63,999 bases of DNA, filler included, from Asterionella formosa (GCA_002256025.1; 8 parts of 8 records of this genome joined end to end with filler, not necessarily neighbours in it), one strand, 5' to 3'. Counted from the first letter of the whole stretch, positions 37,885 to 51,391 are shown. The notes: a model not told the origin generated them from the letters alone. A program made the numbers and translations.

Positions 37885-39277
37885 TCAGTGATGGATAGCC
37901 TGAAAGCTACAAGATTTCGAACTCTCACAACCAGAGGCATGGGCATGCTGCGCGGTATAAGAATCAAAAGTAGCAGTAACCGACACGGGTGAAACAGTGT
38001 CAGTACGGCTTTCGGTGACGGGAGTGACAACATGAAGGTCGTGGGTTTGAGAGTATCCTCCAGAGATGTAGAGCTCTTTAAGGCGGAAACGGCATTCTTC
38101 AATCGCAGGATCACGGACGTTCAAAAGATTGAACCGATGAATTGATTCAAGGAAATACATCTGATCAGCAAAAGGAAAAGCTCGGCTAATTTCCATTGCA
38201 TTCAGTAACGCAGCAAGGCCCACAAAGGACGACTTTTTATTAACGAAAAAGTAGTCAATGACACTTAGCTCGGTAAGGAAGCGAGCAAGTTCGAGAATAT
38301 CGTGTCTTGAGTCCACAGGAGAACTTGCGGATGGCGGATACAGGTGCAGTAAATGCCTCGCAAAGCAGAAGGCAGTAGGAGGGTGAACATGCCAGTTCAA
38401 GGCCCTGAAGTGGGCAAATTTTGAGTGAGTAAATAAAAGCACAGAATTTGTTTGAAGGGATCTATGTGTCAGTTACAAAAAGTAAACTGATATAATATTC
38501 TCAAAGGGTAACATGATTCAGCAGAAGTTTCTGGTGCAATTTTGAATGGCCTTCACGGGTGCAAAAGAAGCAACAGACAAAACTGATTAACCGTTTCCGG
38601 TATTCATTCGATAGTCTTGAATTCGGCATCGCCCGCCAGCTCGGGGTAAGGAATGACATTGAAACCATGCAAAAAAATCGCAATAGAACAATAAAAGAAC
38701 ACGATTGCGCGCCAAAACATTCCTCAATTTGAATTATATCATAAACAGCCACGAGGATGTATATATGCAATTGGCGTTACCGAGCTGAGTTGGCATGCAT
38801 TGAAACTTACTGAAGAATGGACATCTCCATGTCAGCCATTTGGTCAACTATGAAGTACCCTCTACTCAATTCGATCATCGATGTCATGGACAACGTCGCT
38901 TGTTCGTATAGTTTTACTGCGAGATATAGCGTGGTCATGGCGGCGAGTTGAAACACCTTCTTGTCCACTGAACGGGTAACAAGATACCGGTCCAAGAACG
39001 ATATGGAAATGTTAACGACTTCTCGAGAGAAATCGAAGTGATCCACAACCTGGTAAGACCATTCACAGATTTTTTCCCTCCAAACTTCATTGATGTGTGA
39101 AGAGGAAGAGGAGATCCCAGATGAAGTGGATTGGGAAAGCGTAGTTGAAATGCCAGACTCCGCTGCATTGACTTCTGCTAGCTTTTGTTGATACGATGGC
39201 GAAAGATAGTCTTCGCATGTATAGAAATCCCTTTCCTGCTGCAGCAGAACGTCGATTCGTTCTACAAGATCAACCAT
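37885..39277 (-). CDS. Cyclin, diatom-specific type (exons 39277-38811, 38404-37885)
   Basis: Cyclin box WREKICEWSYQVVDHFDFSREVV...FLDRYL...FQLAAMTTLYLAVKLYE...MEMSILQ|ALNWHVHPPT...ARFLTELSVIDYFF. A 406-nt GT-AG intron restores the frame. Confidence 0.9.
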
Positions 39278-40549
39278 TGTTAAAGAAAGGAATTTACCAC
39301 TTCTGATCAATGCTAAAAACTGCTGAGAGGGCCGCAGATGCACTCTGCAAGATATGTGCTTACGAAGTGGGAAACGATAAAATGGTATCGGTACTTGGTA
39401 TATATGATACTCGTATCTGTGAACGCGAGCAGCCTATGTCTTACAGGTACATACATCTAGGTATGTACCGGTGTGCCGGTATACGAACAGGAATTGGTTG
39501 ACTGTACCGGTATTCCTGTACTGTCTCTATATAGACGATATCCATACATACATGCATTTATTTGGAAATGATTGTTGGTGGTTTGCACTGTACTGGGGTA
39601 AACTCCAACGTAGTGGCTGCTTGTAGGTATACCAGTTACCAGCACCTGGTAAGTCAACTGGAATACAGGTACCGGTACAAACAGCAAGTTGCGGTAAATG
39701 AGAAGTTTAGCTTAGTTTTCTTCGTTATAAAATCCTTTTTTACAGCAATTGTCGCTCCCTGTTCCAGGACCAGGAACCTTGTACCAACCTGCCTAGAACA
39801 TAACATAAACAGAAAGAAGTTGAAGAACAAAATTAGCCACCTTCAGGAATTCATATTGGCGGAAAATAAATTCAAATATGAACATGGTGTGCTGACCTGC
39901 TCCAAACCAATCCATGGTAGATCTGCCATGCATATCACATACCAAGACTAGATTTTTACAATTGCATTGATTCAGCTCCAACTTGTTCCTTTAAACAATT
40001 TAGAATGATTAAAACATCTGAAATCTACAAACATTCTTGTAAGGTGTGAATTCAACAAATTTTATCTGTCTGAAAAGTAGTTACTAATGTCTGAAAGTAT
40101 TTCTATTTGTCTGAAACTGAATCATCTGAAATTAAATGGACTGATGAAACTAAATTGTCTAACATGAAATCATCATCTTACACCAACTCCTGGCTACTAG
40201 TGTGCAACAGATAGAAAAGTATATATATATGTATATATACATATATATATTGTTCATGCAATCCGATAATTTTGTTCATGTATTTTCTGAAGTCATTCAA
40301 CTAATTTTCTGAGGGGTTGTTCAACTAATTTAGAAATTCTATCAAATAATGTAGTTGACTAATTCAACTATCATTCACACAACATGGGAAACAAATCTTT
40401 ACATGCAATCAAGACTGCTCTTTCAGCATGGAATCTTCAGTCTTGAGCAGGCAAGCATAATGAGATGTCTGTATGGACAATGCAAAAATAAAAGCCATTC
40501 ATTCAGATTAGAACAATCTTAAATCTTGAACAGGCAGCATCATTGTGCG

Positions 40550-41300
40550 ACATTACATCAGGAGGAACGCAAAACATTGGCTTCCGTCTGGTCCTTGTAA
40601 TAAATTTTTCATTGACCTGCAAAGATTTACCTAGCAAAAATGTGTCAATTATTCATTTGATATAATCAACTAGTAGCTACACCAGAAAGCAACACACCTA
40701 GTACCCCTTAATTGGCAGCAACACATCAGCATCAGCCAGACAGCGGTATAAGGCACTCATGCGTTCAAAATAAGGCTCCTGTTCTCAAATGGCCTGTCAT
40801 AATGTCAAATAAATGTAGAGAAAAATAGCAGATCATGGTGAGTTATTGCTCCCTTCTTTGCTGATCTGATGACAAAAAACTTGAAAATTTATCTTGCCTT
40901 CTTAGTAAAAGCCTCCATTGCGGATCTCCGTGTTGCATCATTTCACCTTCTCCCACTCCGCAATAGAGACGCCTGCATCATTGCTTTTCCCGAGTTGCAA
41001 CTTTCGTCCGCCCAACTTCGCGCCGATAACTGTTATATCTTCTGCGCTATCATGTCCGCCTGAAGTGGAACTGCCAACCTGCCACCGCATTATCGGCCGT
41101 CACAAGCGTCGACAAGATGGGATTCTTGCTGGGCAGATTGTGTTGCCACATACTTTCTGGACGGCACCTAGAAATTGCAAGCCATGCAACATGAGGAGGT
41201 TGTACAAACCAAAGATTAGCGATGTCCGCTATCCCAACGGTATCATTGGCTTTGTTGATGACTATGGTACCATGCAGCATTCAGTGGTCTTTGTGGACTT
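40550..41300 (-). pseudogene. Possible highly degenerate hAT-like transposase remnant
   Basis: Scattered minus-strand peptides (FLGAVQKV, ALYRCLADAD) loosely resemble hAT motifs DGASNVQKA and LRLAD. Repeated TGTCTGAAA motifs at about 40060-40160 resemble subterminal repeats. Weak. Confidence 0.25.
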
Positions 41301-42956
41301 TTTTTTAAAGAATGCTCTGATCATGAAATGAGAGAGCAAATTCTCAGTAATATTTGGACACCTGACCATAGCATTCATATGTCAGGAAGTATCTATCCAT
41401 CTGTTGCCTTCTTTGGCTGGGACTTGCAATGCGATCCAAGATCATGGTATTTGTGTTCTTGTATGAGAGTGTAAATAGTGCTTCTCGTGTACATCTGACT
41501 TGTCACCTATCATCTGAGCCACTTACCCATTGTGCTTCGACATTACTTGCCTATCTTCCGTTAACGTGCTTTGTATTTCATGATTTGGATGATAGGTTCA
41601 TTGTGGATATGTCCCAGCAGTAGTCCACCACAAGCGATTTCGAACAGACTTTTATGAGCATTTACTGCTACTGTCATTGAATTTGCCACAGTAGCACTTA
41701 TTCTTTTTATCACAAGGGGGATAAATACTATGTTGTACAACACATGGTTTGAATGCCATAGGATATGAATTAATGGAAGAGTCAACATGATGTGTGTTGC
41801 TACTAGCTATATTGAGTAAATAGTCTGCCTAGTTCAGAAATATAAATTAAGAGCACTGGCACTATACCACAAAAAAATTTATGAAAGATTTGAATGAAAC
41901 TCAGCTTGATTTGACAAAGAAAGATAATAATTGTGTGTCAATAGTGTATGGATGATTACTGTAATGATGCACTGACTGGAAACTTCCAGTAATCACTACA
42001 TCAACCAATCTGCACACATAAATAATATAACTAGCTAGTGCTAAGAGCTAGTAGTTTTTGAATGTAATTTGAGTTGAATTGATGAAAAATACTAGGTAAA
42101 AATTTAAATCAAAATGATGGATTTATTTTTCTATACTGGTAGTTGACTGTATTTAGCTATTGGAATACTGGTAGTAGTGAAGTTTGGTGGCCTCAGATGT
42201 CACCAATGAGCAGCAATCCACAAAGCATCTTTTCTGTGAAGCTTTATGTTACTTGAAGTTCGTTTCTTCAGTCTCTGCTTAGAATTTATTACCAATATTT
42301 TATGGCAAGGAAAAGTCACACTGTGGAAAAGCCCCTGGAAGGTCCGGTAAACACTTTTTTAAATAAGCAAAGATTAAGCTAAATATCTCGATCACCGGAC
42401 CATCCTTGGGAACATACGATCGACCCACACGAAAAATCCCGTATGTACAGTGCCGTGTTTTCATCACGACTGCCGGTAAATGCACTACTTCGAGTCATGA
42501 TAATGACGTCGATGTGCTTGACTTCGTTTAAGTATTTCATGCAAGCTATGGCCATGATTTACCGTTGTAGATGCATATCATGACATAGCTTGGCTGCTGG
42601 GTAACAGTAAGGATCATAACTTGTAAAATCTTTTTACATTATACTTACTATGAATATTTATAATGGTAATGAAACACGACCAAGCAAACCGCATTGTTTT
42701 TAGCTGTCACAAAAACTAATCATAAATCATCAAACATTCGGTTGCAGTCCTACAAGATTACTTTTGTTTCCATCGATCGTAGACAAGATCGATTTTAGGT
42801 AAGAGGATATATTCAGACGATGAGATCGAAATTGAAGCCGGCCTTTCTCGCGAAGATCAATCCTTTCGTAGTTGTTTTGCAATTCTTATGGTGCTTCTAT
42901 GGACAGTTATAACATGTCTAGCATTGCATATGTCTCAAACTGATCTCTCCTCCTAG

Positions 42957-44224
42957 ATGAACCGATTAACGATTCTTGGAAACGATTTCCCTGCTAAGAA
43001 GCCCGTGGCCAAGAAAGCGATGAACGGAATCCCAAAAGCTAGGCGATTCGATATCAGGAAACCAGGAGAACGACGGCAGAAGAAGCGACAATGGAACAAA
43101 AGAGTGAGTTTCAAACCTGTCAATCGCCTATCCTTTGCAAAGGTATACTCATGGTATACATACATAGGAGGACGACGCTCTTGTTTCATGCCTCCAACCA
43201 CACTCAAAAAAGAGAACTGGAGACATAAAATGGACAGAGATTGCCGAAGATATCAGAGGACGAAATGGCAAGCAGTGCCGCGAGCGTTGGTACAACCATC
43301 TTCGACCTGACCTAAAGAAGGGGGAATGGACTAAAGAAGAAGATGAAAGGGTTGCGTTACTTCAACAGAAGTATGGAAATGCGTAAGTCCACGATAAGCA
43401 AGGATCACCTGCCAGAATAAGTGGCAAAATTCTCACGGCTACACCTTTCAAAACTCTCCAGATGGGCAAAGATATCATTTGAGCTCGGGAATAGGACGGA
43501 TAACGATGTCAAAAACCGTTGGCACTCACACAAGAGAACTGCCGACAAGATTCGACGAAAGAAGGATGCAATCGACAATGTCAGAAAAGAGCATGCCAAA
43601 TCGCATGGAATAATCTATGATTATGGACCCGACCTTTCAGTTCCTAAATTCGATTTGACTTCTCACTACAAGCAAGCACACCGTGGAGGCACTGAATGCG
43701 AATCGCTTGACGAGGATAGTTTCGTCCAGAGTGCATTGAGCTTTGGAAGCAACACCCCAACCCATGGTGCCAAGTTTGTCGAAAGAAGCCTCTTTGAAAA
43801 CATGGTTGTCGATGAAGGAATGCTTTGTCGTGCTGCACATGCAATTCCGAGTAGTGAAGTGACATTGTCCGAAGTACCCCATCTTGAAATCTCGTCTGCA
43901 AGAGATGTCGATCATGTCCAGCCGTTTATCTATACATCTACTTTCCTGGCCTCCCTTGAACAAACGGACTCACCCAATTTTGAAATGATCAAGTCAGCTA
44001 CGACCATTGAAATGCTCCAACTGAAAGACACATTTACCGAGTACCTGTATACCGGTAGGCCAACAAAGTCTATCGACGAGTCCTTTTTCTCTACGGAACC
44101 TGAATCCCCACGAATTCAGCTAGCTGGTTTCCAGGCATTCGCCGAAGCTACCAACATTTCATTCGGATTTTCCCCTATGATTCGTGGACATGACCGTACG
44201 TCCAGCAATGGAGGCAACTGCTGA
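42957..44224 (+). CDS. R2R3-type Myb transcription factor (exons 42957-43103, 43168-43382, 43462-44224; an upstream exon is possible)
   Basis: Spliced frame reads QWNKR|EDDALV...IKWTEIAEDIRGRNGKQCRERWYNHLRPDLKKGEWTKEEDERVALLQQKYGNA|WAKISFELGNRTDNDVKNRWH. The middle exon is missed by the ORF track. Confidence 0.92.
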
Positions 44225-44439
44225 GGAGCAAGATTTGAGAGACTGCAATATTTGGGCGCCAGAGATGGCCACGTCTGTATCATGATGACACGATGAAAAC
44301 GATATAGAAGTTTCCATCAATGTTGAAAGCACATTTCAGAGACGCGATTATTACGAACATAGAGTGCAGTGACAAAACAATAACTGCTATTAGCTCAAGA
44401 TCACAGCAATTGTGTCATCAAGGAATAGTGGCACCTCTG

Positions 44440-47222
44440 CTAAGACCTTTCCCGGTGTGAAAGTCTGAAGCGACGGGCTAGCTTCATCGTCACCTCAGCA
44501 GGGAACACTTCTGGTATTTCTGCGACTTCAAGTTCTATCAAACTCAACTGGGCATACATACACTGACACCGAACGAGAACTGGGAACCTGGGCCTTTCGT
44601 CTGTAATATTTTTCATCCTTGGTTCATCAAGTTCAAACTGGGCCTGCAACTGGAACTTTTCACCATCCCCAAGTTCTGCAACACACCAAATCACGCTTCG
44701 CCTCGCTGCGTTCCAGACTCCTCCTGTAGGCTGCGTCGTGAGCGTTTCCCCCTTGACCTCGACCGGTACGCCCATTATGATGGTTAAATCTGTGAGGTCA
44801 TCTTCGTTGGCTGGATTGGAGCTAATTTGCAGAGCCACTCTACAGAGCCCTCCAATCATTCGGGTCCTAGTTTGGACACGCTGATAATGCAATAGTAAAA
44901 TGTGAGTTGCTGGATTCAGCAAGTACCGTACACAAAGAGTGAACAAAATAACTCACAATGGGAACAGGCCTGAGTTCGTTGCTACATTTGTATCTCATAA
45001 CAGGAAAGTAGTTTTCTGCTTTTGGAACCGAAATAGTAAACTTGTGATCGAAACCTTTCTCTTCCTCTTTTCTTTCTGTGAGGAACGCCTCTGTCATGTC
45101 ATCTGCATATCGCCGATTCTCCTGGATCATTCTTATGTGATTTGCGGGATCTTTCAATAACAAAAAGAAAGGAGTACCCGTTGTTAATTCTGATTTCACT
45201 TGGACCTAAAAGTCAAGTGAGCGTACGAATTTAAGCGGAATTCCCTAAAAATTCAGAACGCAACATACCTGAACCACTCCTTCGATTGTGCACGACGAAA
45301 TCCTTGATTGCCGATACGAGCAAGTTAGATCCTCGTTGAGAGCAATGTTGACTTGAATTTTAGGCTTCTGAGGGTTGCTACTGTCATTCAACTTCACCTC
45401 AGTAGCTCGCCGAAGAACCATGCTATCAACCATCAATTCGTCGTCTTTTGTGAACCCAGCAACAACGCCAACGTCGTCGCCACCATCTTGACGTTCTTTG
45501 TTACGAGTACTTGGTGGTCGCTCGCCATGATCATCCACGTCCAACAAAGATCTCAATTTGGAACTTTTTGAAAGAGTTCCATTACCAGGACTGCTGGTTG
45601 TAACCGTTTCGAGTGTTACATCTGATTCCTTAGCAGAAACACCCTCACTTACGAACGGATCAAAACTTGACGAGTCCACTCGTTTCGACGACACTTCAGT
45701 GCGAGCCATCTGTTGCTGAATACCCCAAGTGTTCGGATCATTCTGCCCTTGTAAACTTCCAAAACTTGGAAACTGAATGGAAGAGAAAGATTTCATTTGA
45801 TCTTGGTCGTTATTCGAATCCACTGCGAAGGCATCAAACGCAGCGGAAGCTGCTGTTTCCAGATTCGCAGTAATTATCTTCTCTGATCCTTGTTTTGCTG
45901 ATACAGCACTTTGCTGCAAGGAAGTACGTCTATTGGATACTGCGTGGTCGTTCTTTGGAGCGGTGAGCGTTGGAACGGAAGCTCGTTGCCCTGGTACCCG
46001 AGGCATGGTGTCTCTGTTGGGGCCTCGTAAAGGTTTTCCTGACTGAACGATACTTACCGATGGCGACGTCGAGACCGGAACAGTTGCTAGAGCTTTCGCT
46101 TCTTGTGACCTAAAAAAGTCAAATTCCTTGAGATCGGCTTCGTCTAATCCCTTTCGTCGTCGCCGTATTCTGTTCTTGTTTCCCAATTCCATTGTTGTTC
46201 GTCGCTGCTGGCCGGTTGCTCCATATTTCCGCAAACTGGTGTCTTTCTCAGCAACTGACAGGACTGCTAATCGATCCACGGTCATACGTGCCATGTCTGC
46301 TGAGGATATAAATTCCATGCTCATTTTGAGATCTAATGCGTCCCCTGCCGAAAGACCACGCTTGAGACCTCCGACTCGTGTACCTTTGTGTTGTTTAGAA
46401 TTTTTCAGAACGGAACCAATAGAATTTTTACCTGATTTCCCTTCGTCGCCCTCCGTGTCTAGAGTCATAGTAACAGATTCAGCGTCGATCATTACATTTG
46501 TTCGACGATCTTCATTGTCTGTAAGAGTCAATGACGCTAACAAGGCATCAGTAGCCGTTCGACACTCTTCCGGATCTCTAAACGATCCCATTTTCTGCAT
46601 GACGTTTGCGCTATCATGGAGTCGCTGTGCAATCGTAGCAATGAGGTTCGATGATGACTGCGAATAATGTAAGCCAGAGACTCCAACACAAAGAATAACG
46701 CCTTCGATACTGTCAAATGACCCTCCCGTCTCAGAGGCGAGTAGAACAGAAAAGCATCGGAGTACAAACTCAGCTTCTCGAAGTACAATGTAGTATAGCC
46801 CTATTCCGTGGCCCTTCGAAGGTCGGAAGACTTGAATAGCCTTATCGTCGACAAGGGACGCGTCGTCGTGCAAAAGTTGATCCGAAGTTGCAACTGTTAT
46901 TCCATCTTCAGATTTCTTGTTCCCTGAAGCATTTTCCTTATTCAAAGGAAGTTTCTTGAATACAACATTTAAGTATTCGTGCAGCTCGTTCAGATCCGAG
47001 TTTGTTTGACTCAATGAGCAAGTTGTCAACGGCGATGCTAGCAGTATAACTTCTCCACTTGACCACGATGAGCTTTGTGGTGATTCTCGCAATAACAACG
47101 AGACTGAAGCAAACTCAACGGTGGGAATCGCGGAGCAATAAAGGAGCTGCATATTTTACGGTGCCTTGTGCTCTCGGAGGGCAGAGGAGAACAGCGCTCA
47201 CTCGGCCAATGCTTTCATCCAT
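44440..47222 (-). CDS. Mu-homology-domain (muniscin/TCUP-like) trafficking adaptor (3' exons ...-45268, 45205-44957, 44880-44440; start uncertain)
   Basis: C-terminal IQVNIALNEDLTCSY...IEGVVQ|V...YKCSNELRPVPI|RVQTR...GVWNAARRSVIWCVAEL...FPVLVRC fits an MHD. Long disordered linker with FDAF and FDPF motifs. In-frame GT-AG introns. Possible first mini-exon 47222-47202. Confidence 0.7.
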
Positions 47223-48142
47223 GTAAACAGGCTGAATGCTGGGACCACTAAAGCAGAAACGAAATCTGCTCAAACGATGAGGAGCGCAAGGACCTGGGAT
47301 GCATTGAGGCGCGGTCGAACAGCGACCGGAGAAATTGAAGTCGGATAGTTTCTGATGGTGGTCTGTCTACCGGTATTTCATGATAGGATACCACTGGTAT
47401 TGGTAGACACGCCCGGGTATGGATGATGGTACCGGTACCCATTTGTGTGAAAGTTATAAAACCTGTTTTATTAATTAATAAAAGTTATAAAACAACTTTC
47501 GGCAAAACCAACCATTGCTTATCTTTTGTCCTTGCTGTGATCTTGTGGATTCACCACTGGTTCGAGCATTTTTTAACATTTGGACTAATAGAATGAGTCG
47601 ATGGATTCTCAAGGGCACTCATTCCAATTTAGTTTGAGTGATTTTAGCATTGGTTGCTTGTCATGGCAAACACCAGCAAACAACTTGATATTACAAGCGA
47701 AATACACTGCACAATTGGCCTGAGAAGGAGGTGTAAACCATGACAAGTTTGATGAACCTGGAAGATAATTAACATTAGAATATCATTTTAATAACATACA
47801 GTAGAAAGTGGAAAGAATAGGTGAGTTCAATAATATAGCACCATGGAATGAATGGTACTAGGTACTAACTGTCACCAAGAACACCTGAGATGCAATTGGT
47901 GCATATTAACTGATATAATTATTACAAAGGTAAAAAGTATACCGGTAAGCAAATCAAAAGAATGGTGAACCCCGGATGTGAAAACTAATGACAACCACTA
48001 CTATAGTCTACAGGTATATTATTACCGCGGATATACAAAAGCCGAATAGTGGCTAATATTTTCTCATCATTGTTTTTTTCAACAACGTCAACCGCAATTT
48101 CACTTTTGTTTCCTTTCTCTCCTTGTAGTCATCATTGTAATC

Positions 48143-51100
48143 ATGAGCAACCCTTTTGACGACGAAGATGAATCAGATGCTGATGAAGAAGAAGATTCAG
48201 AGGACGATAAGTCAGAGGAGGTCGACGATGACAACAATCAAGTCGGTTTGAATTTGCCTGTCGACATGCCGGCGGCATCGAAGAGGCCAGCTGGTACTAT
48301 TAACCTAAGAGGAACTGGAATCGCAGCTCGTTTATTTGGTGGCAATGACCAACTTCAACTTAATTTAGGAGAAGAAATTAAGATAGAAGAAGAACAACAA
48401 CAACAACAAAAGCGCAAGACGATTGCACAATGGCCGTACGATGATTTTCATCAAATTCAGCAGAAGTACTACGACGTTGTTGATTCAAAGCTTGACGTAG
48501 AGGAGGAAACACCTTCTTACATGGTACGACCTATGGATCTGGAAGATATTCCTAGTGCTGTTGAGGGTTTGCCATTGATTGACTTCGGCTTGGAGGCGGA
48601 GAAACGAGCAATCGGCATTGTCTCCACGTGGATTTTTGATGCAGGCCTTATCGACGAACTACTGTCTCCTTCCGCTTTGCCAATGATTGGAAGTGATGAC
48701 CTGAAGGCTGGGGATGCATTAATTCCAGCAGATAGGAGTCAAAAATTTGACAAAGAAATAGACAAACTCAAGGAATCTACGATGAGAGAGCTTGCTTTGA
48801 TCAATGCTCGACTTAATGATGGTGTAGCTGCGTCCGGAAGTGAAGTGCAAGAGCTCGTCAATGCAGTCACTGCCACCAAGGGAGACTTACAGAGACTAAA
48901 ACTTCTCACGCAGTGCATCTCGAATGGAGGTGATTTTGATCAATCACACACTTTTTTGCTCACTAACTATCCAAAGCTCAAGACTGCCATACATGCTCGA
49001 CGAAACCTTGCTAGATGCTTCCGAGAGTTGGATTTCTTCTCTCAGATCCCTGCGACGTGTGATCGCCTGAGAGATGAACTTAATTCATGTGAGTGGACAG
49101 ACCGTGAATGGACCACAATTCGAGATGTCTGTCGAGAGCATGTGGAATTGCAGATCTTCCTGGTCGAAGCGGAGGCAGGAATGAAGAGTCGTATGGAAGG
49201 GGAGGACAATGAGTTCGCACCAGAGCCTCAATATACTACCGCTCGTGGTGGTATGCGTCGTCAAGGAAACTCCTTTCGCTATGCACCATCACAAGCCAAT
49301 CACGATGGCGTCGATCGCTTTCTAAGCGAACATGTTAGGAATGTCTGGGAACTTGGAGACGAGTTACAGTTCAGAGTCTTGGCAGGTGTTGGGGCTGCTT
49401 TCGATTTAGCTCAATCAAATCCAGTTGGTATGGTTGCTCTAGTTGAGGCTGTTGAACTTTACGAGAGTGCCGCTGATGAATTCAAGCGTGTTCACCAAGG
49501 ACCCGTTTCTACTGCCAAGTCAGGAAAGAAAAAGAAGAAAAATAAGAGCAAAAAGGATGACGAACGCCTCTCATTCACTGACATGCGCCGATCCGCGCTT
49601 GAAAAAATTGCAGAAGATTTCGAATCTAGAGGATTAGATATTTTCCAATCTCTTCAACAAAAGGTCGTCGATGATGCTGCAGGTGATGATCTGGAAGAAG
49701 CTCAATTCAACGCTGTCTTACGAGCTGCCAATAATTTGACTTACCAAATGGAGTTAGTGCGAACTAAAGCAGCACCATGTTTCCCTCCTTACTGGAATGT
49801 CGATACTTTGTGGATGACATGCGTGGCAGCTGTATGTTCTCAACACATATTCGAGCACATTGGTGGACAAGAGGGAAACAACCTCGATTACATGACAGTG
49901 ACTCAGTTGCTGGATTTGGTTGCATGGATTGAGAGCTTCAGAGAAAAAGTAGAGCGAACCTTTCCCAACATTGTCAAGATTAATTCTATGAAGAAGACCA
50001 AGCTCAGAACAGTCAAAGAGCTTCTAGCAGGAAAGGAAATTGATATGGAATCCGCCAAGGAGAACTTGGGTTTTGTGATCAATGTGTTGTGGGACATACA
50101 TCGTTTGGCTCAAGATCAATTCATTGTACGAACACAAACCCAGACAAATGGGTGGCTCACTAACGTTTACAATGCAGACCACGCTAATACCCAGACAACT
50201 GAGGGTCGGCTAACAACATCGCTGCCAGAAGATGTGTGGGCATTGGCAGGTGTACAACTGCGCACCATCCGGGAACGTCTTACAAAGAAGTCCACCGTAT
50301 TGGTAGATGCTTCATCGATGGTCTTCCGTCTGATGCAGCTAAAGCAGCGGGAAACGCGGGACCAATTCTTGGTAGATTTGGAGACCTGTTGTGCTGCCTC
50401 TAACGATTTCGTTCGTATGACGGATCAAGCTGAAATCGTGTTAACGGATTTAGAATCAACCACAGACCTCTCCAATGAAAACCGTGGGACTCTAGAAGAA
50501 GTTGCAAATGAATTAATGCGCCAATACAGTAATGATGCGGTTTATGCCGCACAATCAGTTCACAAATACGTCTTTCAACCTATTGAAGAAGAGCTAGCGG
50601 ATCATCTATTTCAGGAGGAGTGGGAAAAGAGGGGCCAAAGCGAGATGGCTCAAACGTTGGTACGTACAATTGAGGATTACATGGGTGATATTGAAGAATG
50701 GATGGAAGAGATCATGGTTCGCAAGGCTGTGGATGCATTGATTAAAGCTTCTATAAATTTCTACATTCGGCGCCTATTGTTGAAAGCTGGGAAGAAGGGT
50801 GCCAAGGAATCTAGCTTTATTGACAATCAAAGGGCTCTGACTCAAATTGGAAAAGATATTGATGTCATAAAGGGTTATTTTGATGGACTAGTTGAAACTT
50901 TTCCTGCCCTTGAACGTGTGATCGAATCGGAGTTCGAAGTACTCAGAACTCTTCTCGATCTCCTAGTTGTTGCCGCTGGCTTTGACGAAGATGCCTCTCC
51001 AATCGATTACTTGCCCATTATACAGAAGAACATTCGTGACATCAACATTACTCGTTTCATGATCGGTGATTTGTGGCACTTGGTAAATCCAGCAGGTGAA

Positions 51101-51391
51101 AAGGAAATATACGCTGTTATTGACGAGAACGAAGCGCAGTTGAAAGCCTTCGATTTTAAGGAACACCATGTTGACCAAGAACACATTGACCCTTCGCTGC
51201 AGTTGGACCGTGTCGTGATTGATGTGGTCAGCAACAGCAGTCGCAAGCGACCATTGCGAGGTGACACCGCTAAGCAGGTGGGCGAAATTTTTGGAAAGTG
51301 GGGCACAGCTTGGTCGGGAGGTGGAGCAGGAGGAGAAACAGGAGAGGGAGAAGAAATAGGTCAGCAAGCAGGCGGAGTCGATGATTTCTAG
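48143..51391 (+). CDS. SEC6: Exocyst complex component Sec6/EXOC3-like
   Basis: 1082-aa intronless helical protein with PCFPPYWNV, LLDLVAWI, TSLPEDVW, ASNDFVRM, TLVRTIEDYMGD. Acidic N-terminus starting with NPF. Confidence 0.78.
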   Translation: MSNPFDDEDESDADEEEDSEDDKSEEVDDDNNQVGLNLPVDMPAASKRPAGTINLRGTGIAARLFGGNDQLQLNLGEEIKIEEEQQQQQKRKTIAQWPYDDFHQIQQKYYDVVDSKLDVEEETPSYMVRPMDLEDIPSAVEGLPLIDFGLEAEKRAIGIVSTWIFDAGLIDELLSPSALPMIGSDDLKAGDALIPADRSQKFDKEIDKLKESTMRELALINARLNDGVAASGSEVQELVNAVTATKGDLQRLKLLTQCISNGGDFDQSHTFLLTNYPKLKTAIHARRNLARCFRELDFFSQIPATCDRLRDELNSCEWTDREWTTIRDVCREHVELQIFLVEAEAGMKSRMEGEDNEFAPEPQYTTARGGMRRQGNSFRYAPSQANHDGVDRFLSEHVRNVWELGDELQFRVLAGVGAAFDLAQSNPVGMVALVEAVELYESAADEFKRVHQGPVSTAKSGKKKKKNKSKKDDERLSFTDMRRSALEKIAEDFESRGLDIFQSLQQKVVDDAAGDDLEEAQFNAVLRAANNLTYQMELVRTKAAPCFPPYWNVDTLWMTCVAAVCSQHIFEHIGGQEGNNLDYMTVTQLLDLVAWIESFREKVERTFPNIVKINSMKKTKLRTVKELLAGKEIDMESAKENLGFVINVLWDIHRLAQDQFIVRTQTQTNGWLTNVYNADHANTQTTEGRLTTSLPEDVWALAGVQLRTIRERLTKKSTVLVDASSMVFRLMQLKQRETRDQFLVDLETCCAASNDFVRMTDQAEIVLTDLESTTDLSNENRGTLEEVANELMRQYSNDAVYAAQSVHKYVFQPIEEELADHLFQEEWEKRGQSEMAQTLVRTIEDYMGDIEEWMEEIMVRKAVDALIKASINFYIRRLLLKAGKKGAKESSFIDNQRALTQIGKDIDVIKGYFDGLVETFPALERVIESEFEVLRTLLDLLVVAAGFDEDASPIDYLPIIQKNIRDINITRFMIGDLWHLVNPAGEKEIYAVIDENEAQLKAFDFKEHHVDQEHIDPSLQLDRVVIDVVSNSSRKRPLRGDTAKQVGEIFGKWGTAWSGGGAGGETGEGEEIGQQAGGVDDF

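Noticed and set aside
31758..39277. GT2-SDR-MoaE-cyclin as a functional gene cluster
   Set aside because: Unrelated pathways and mixed orientation. Ordinary compact eukaryotic gene neighbourhood.
46128..46667. Long antisense ORFs within genes (also 35274..35651, 52196..52633, 7139..7549)
   Set aside because: Shadow frames of well-supported genes on the opposite strand.
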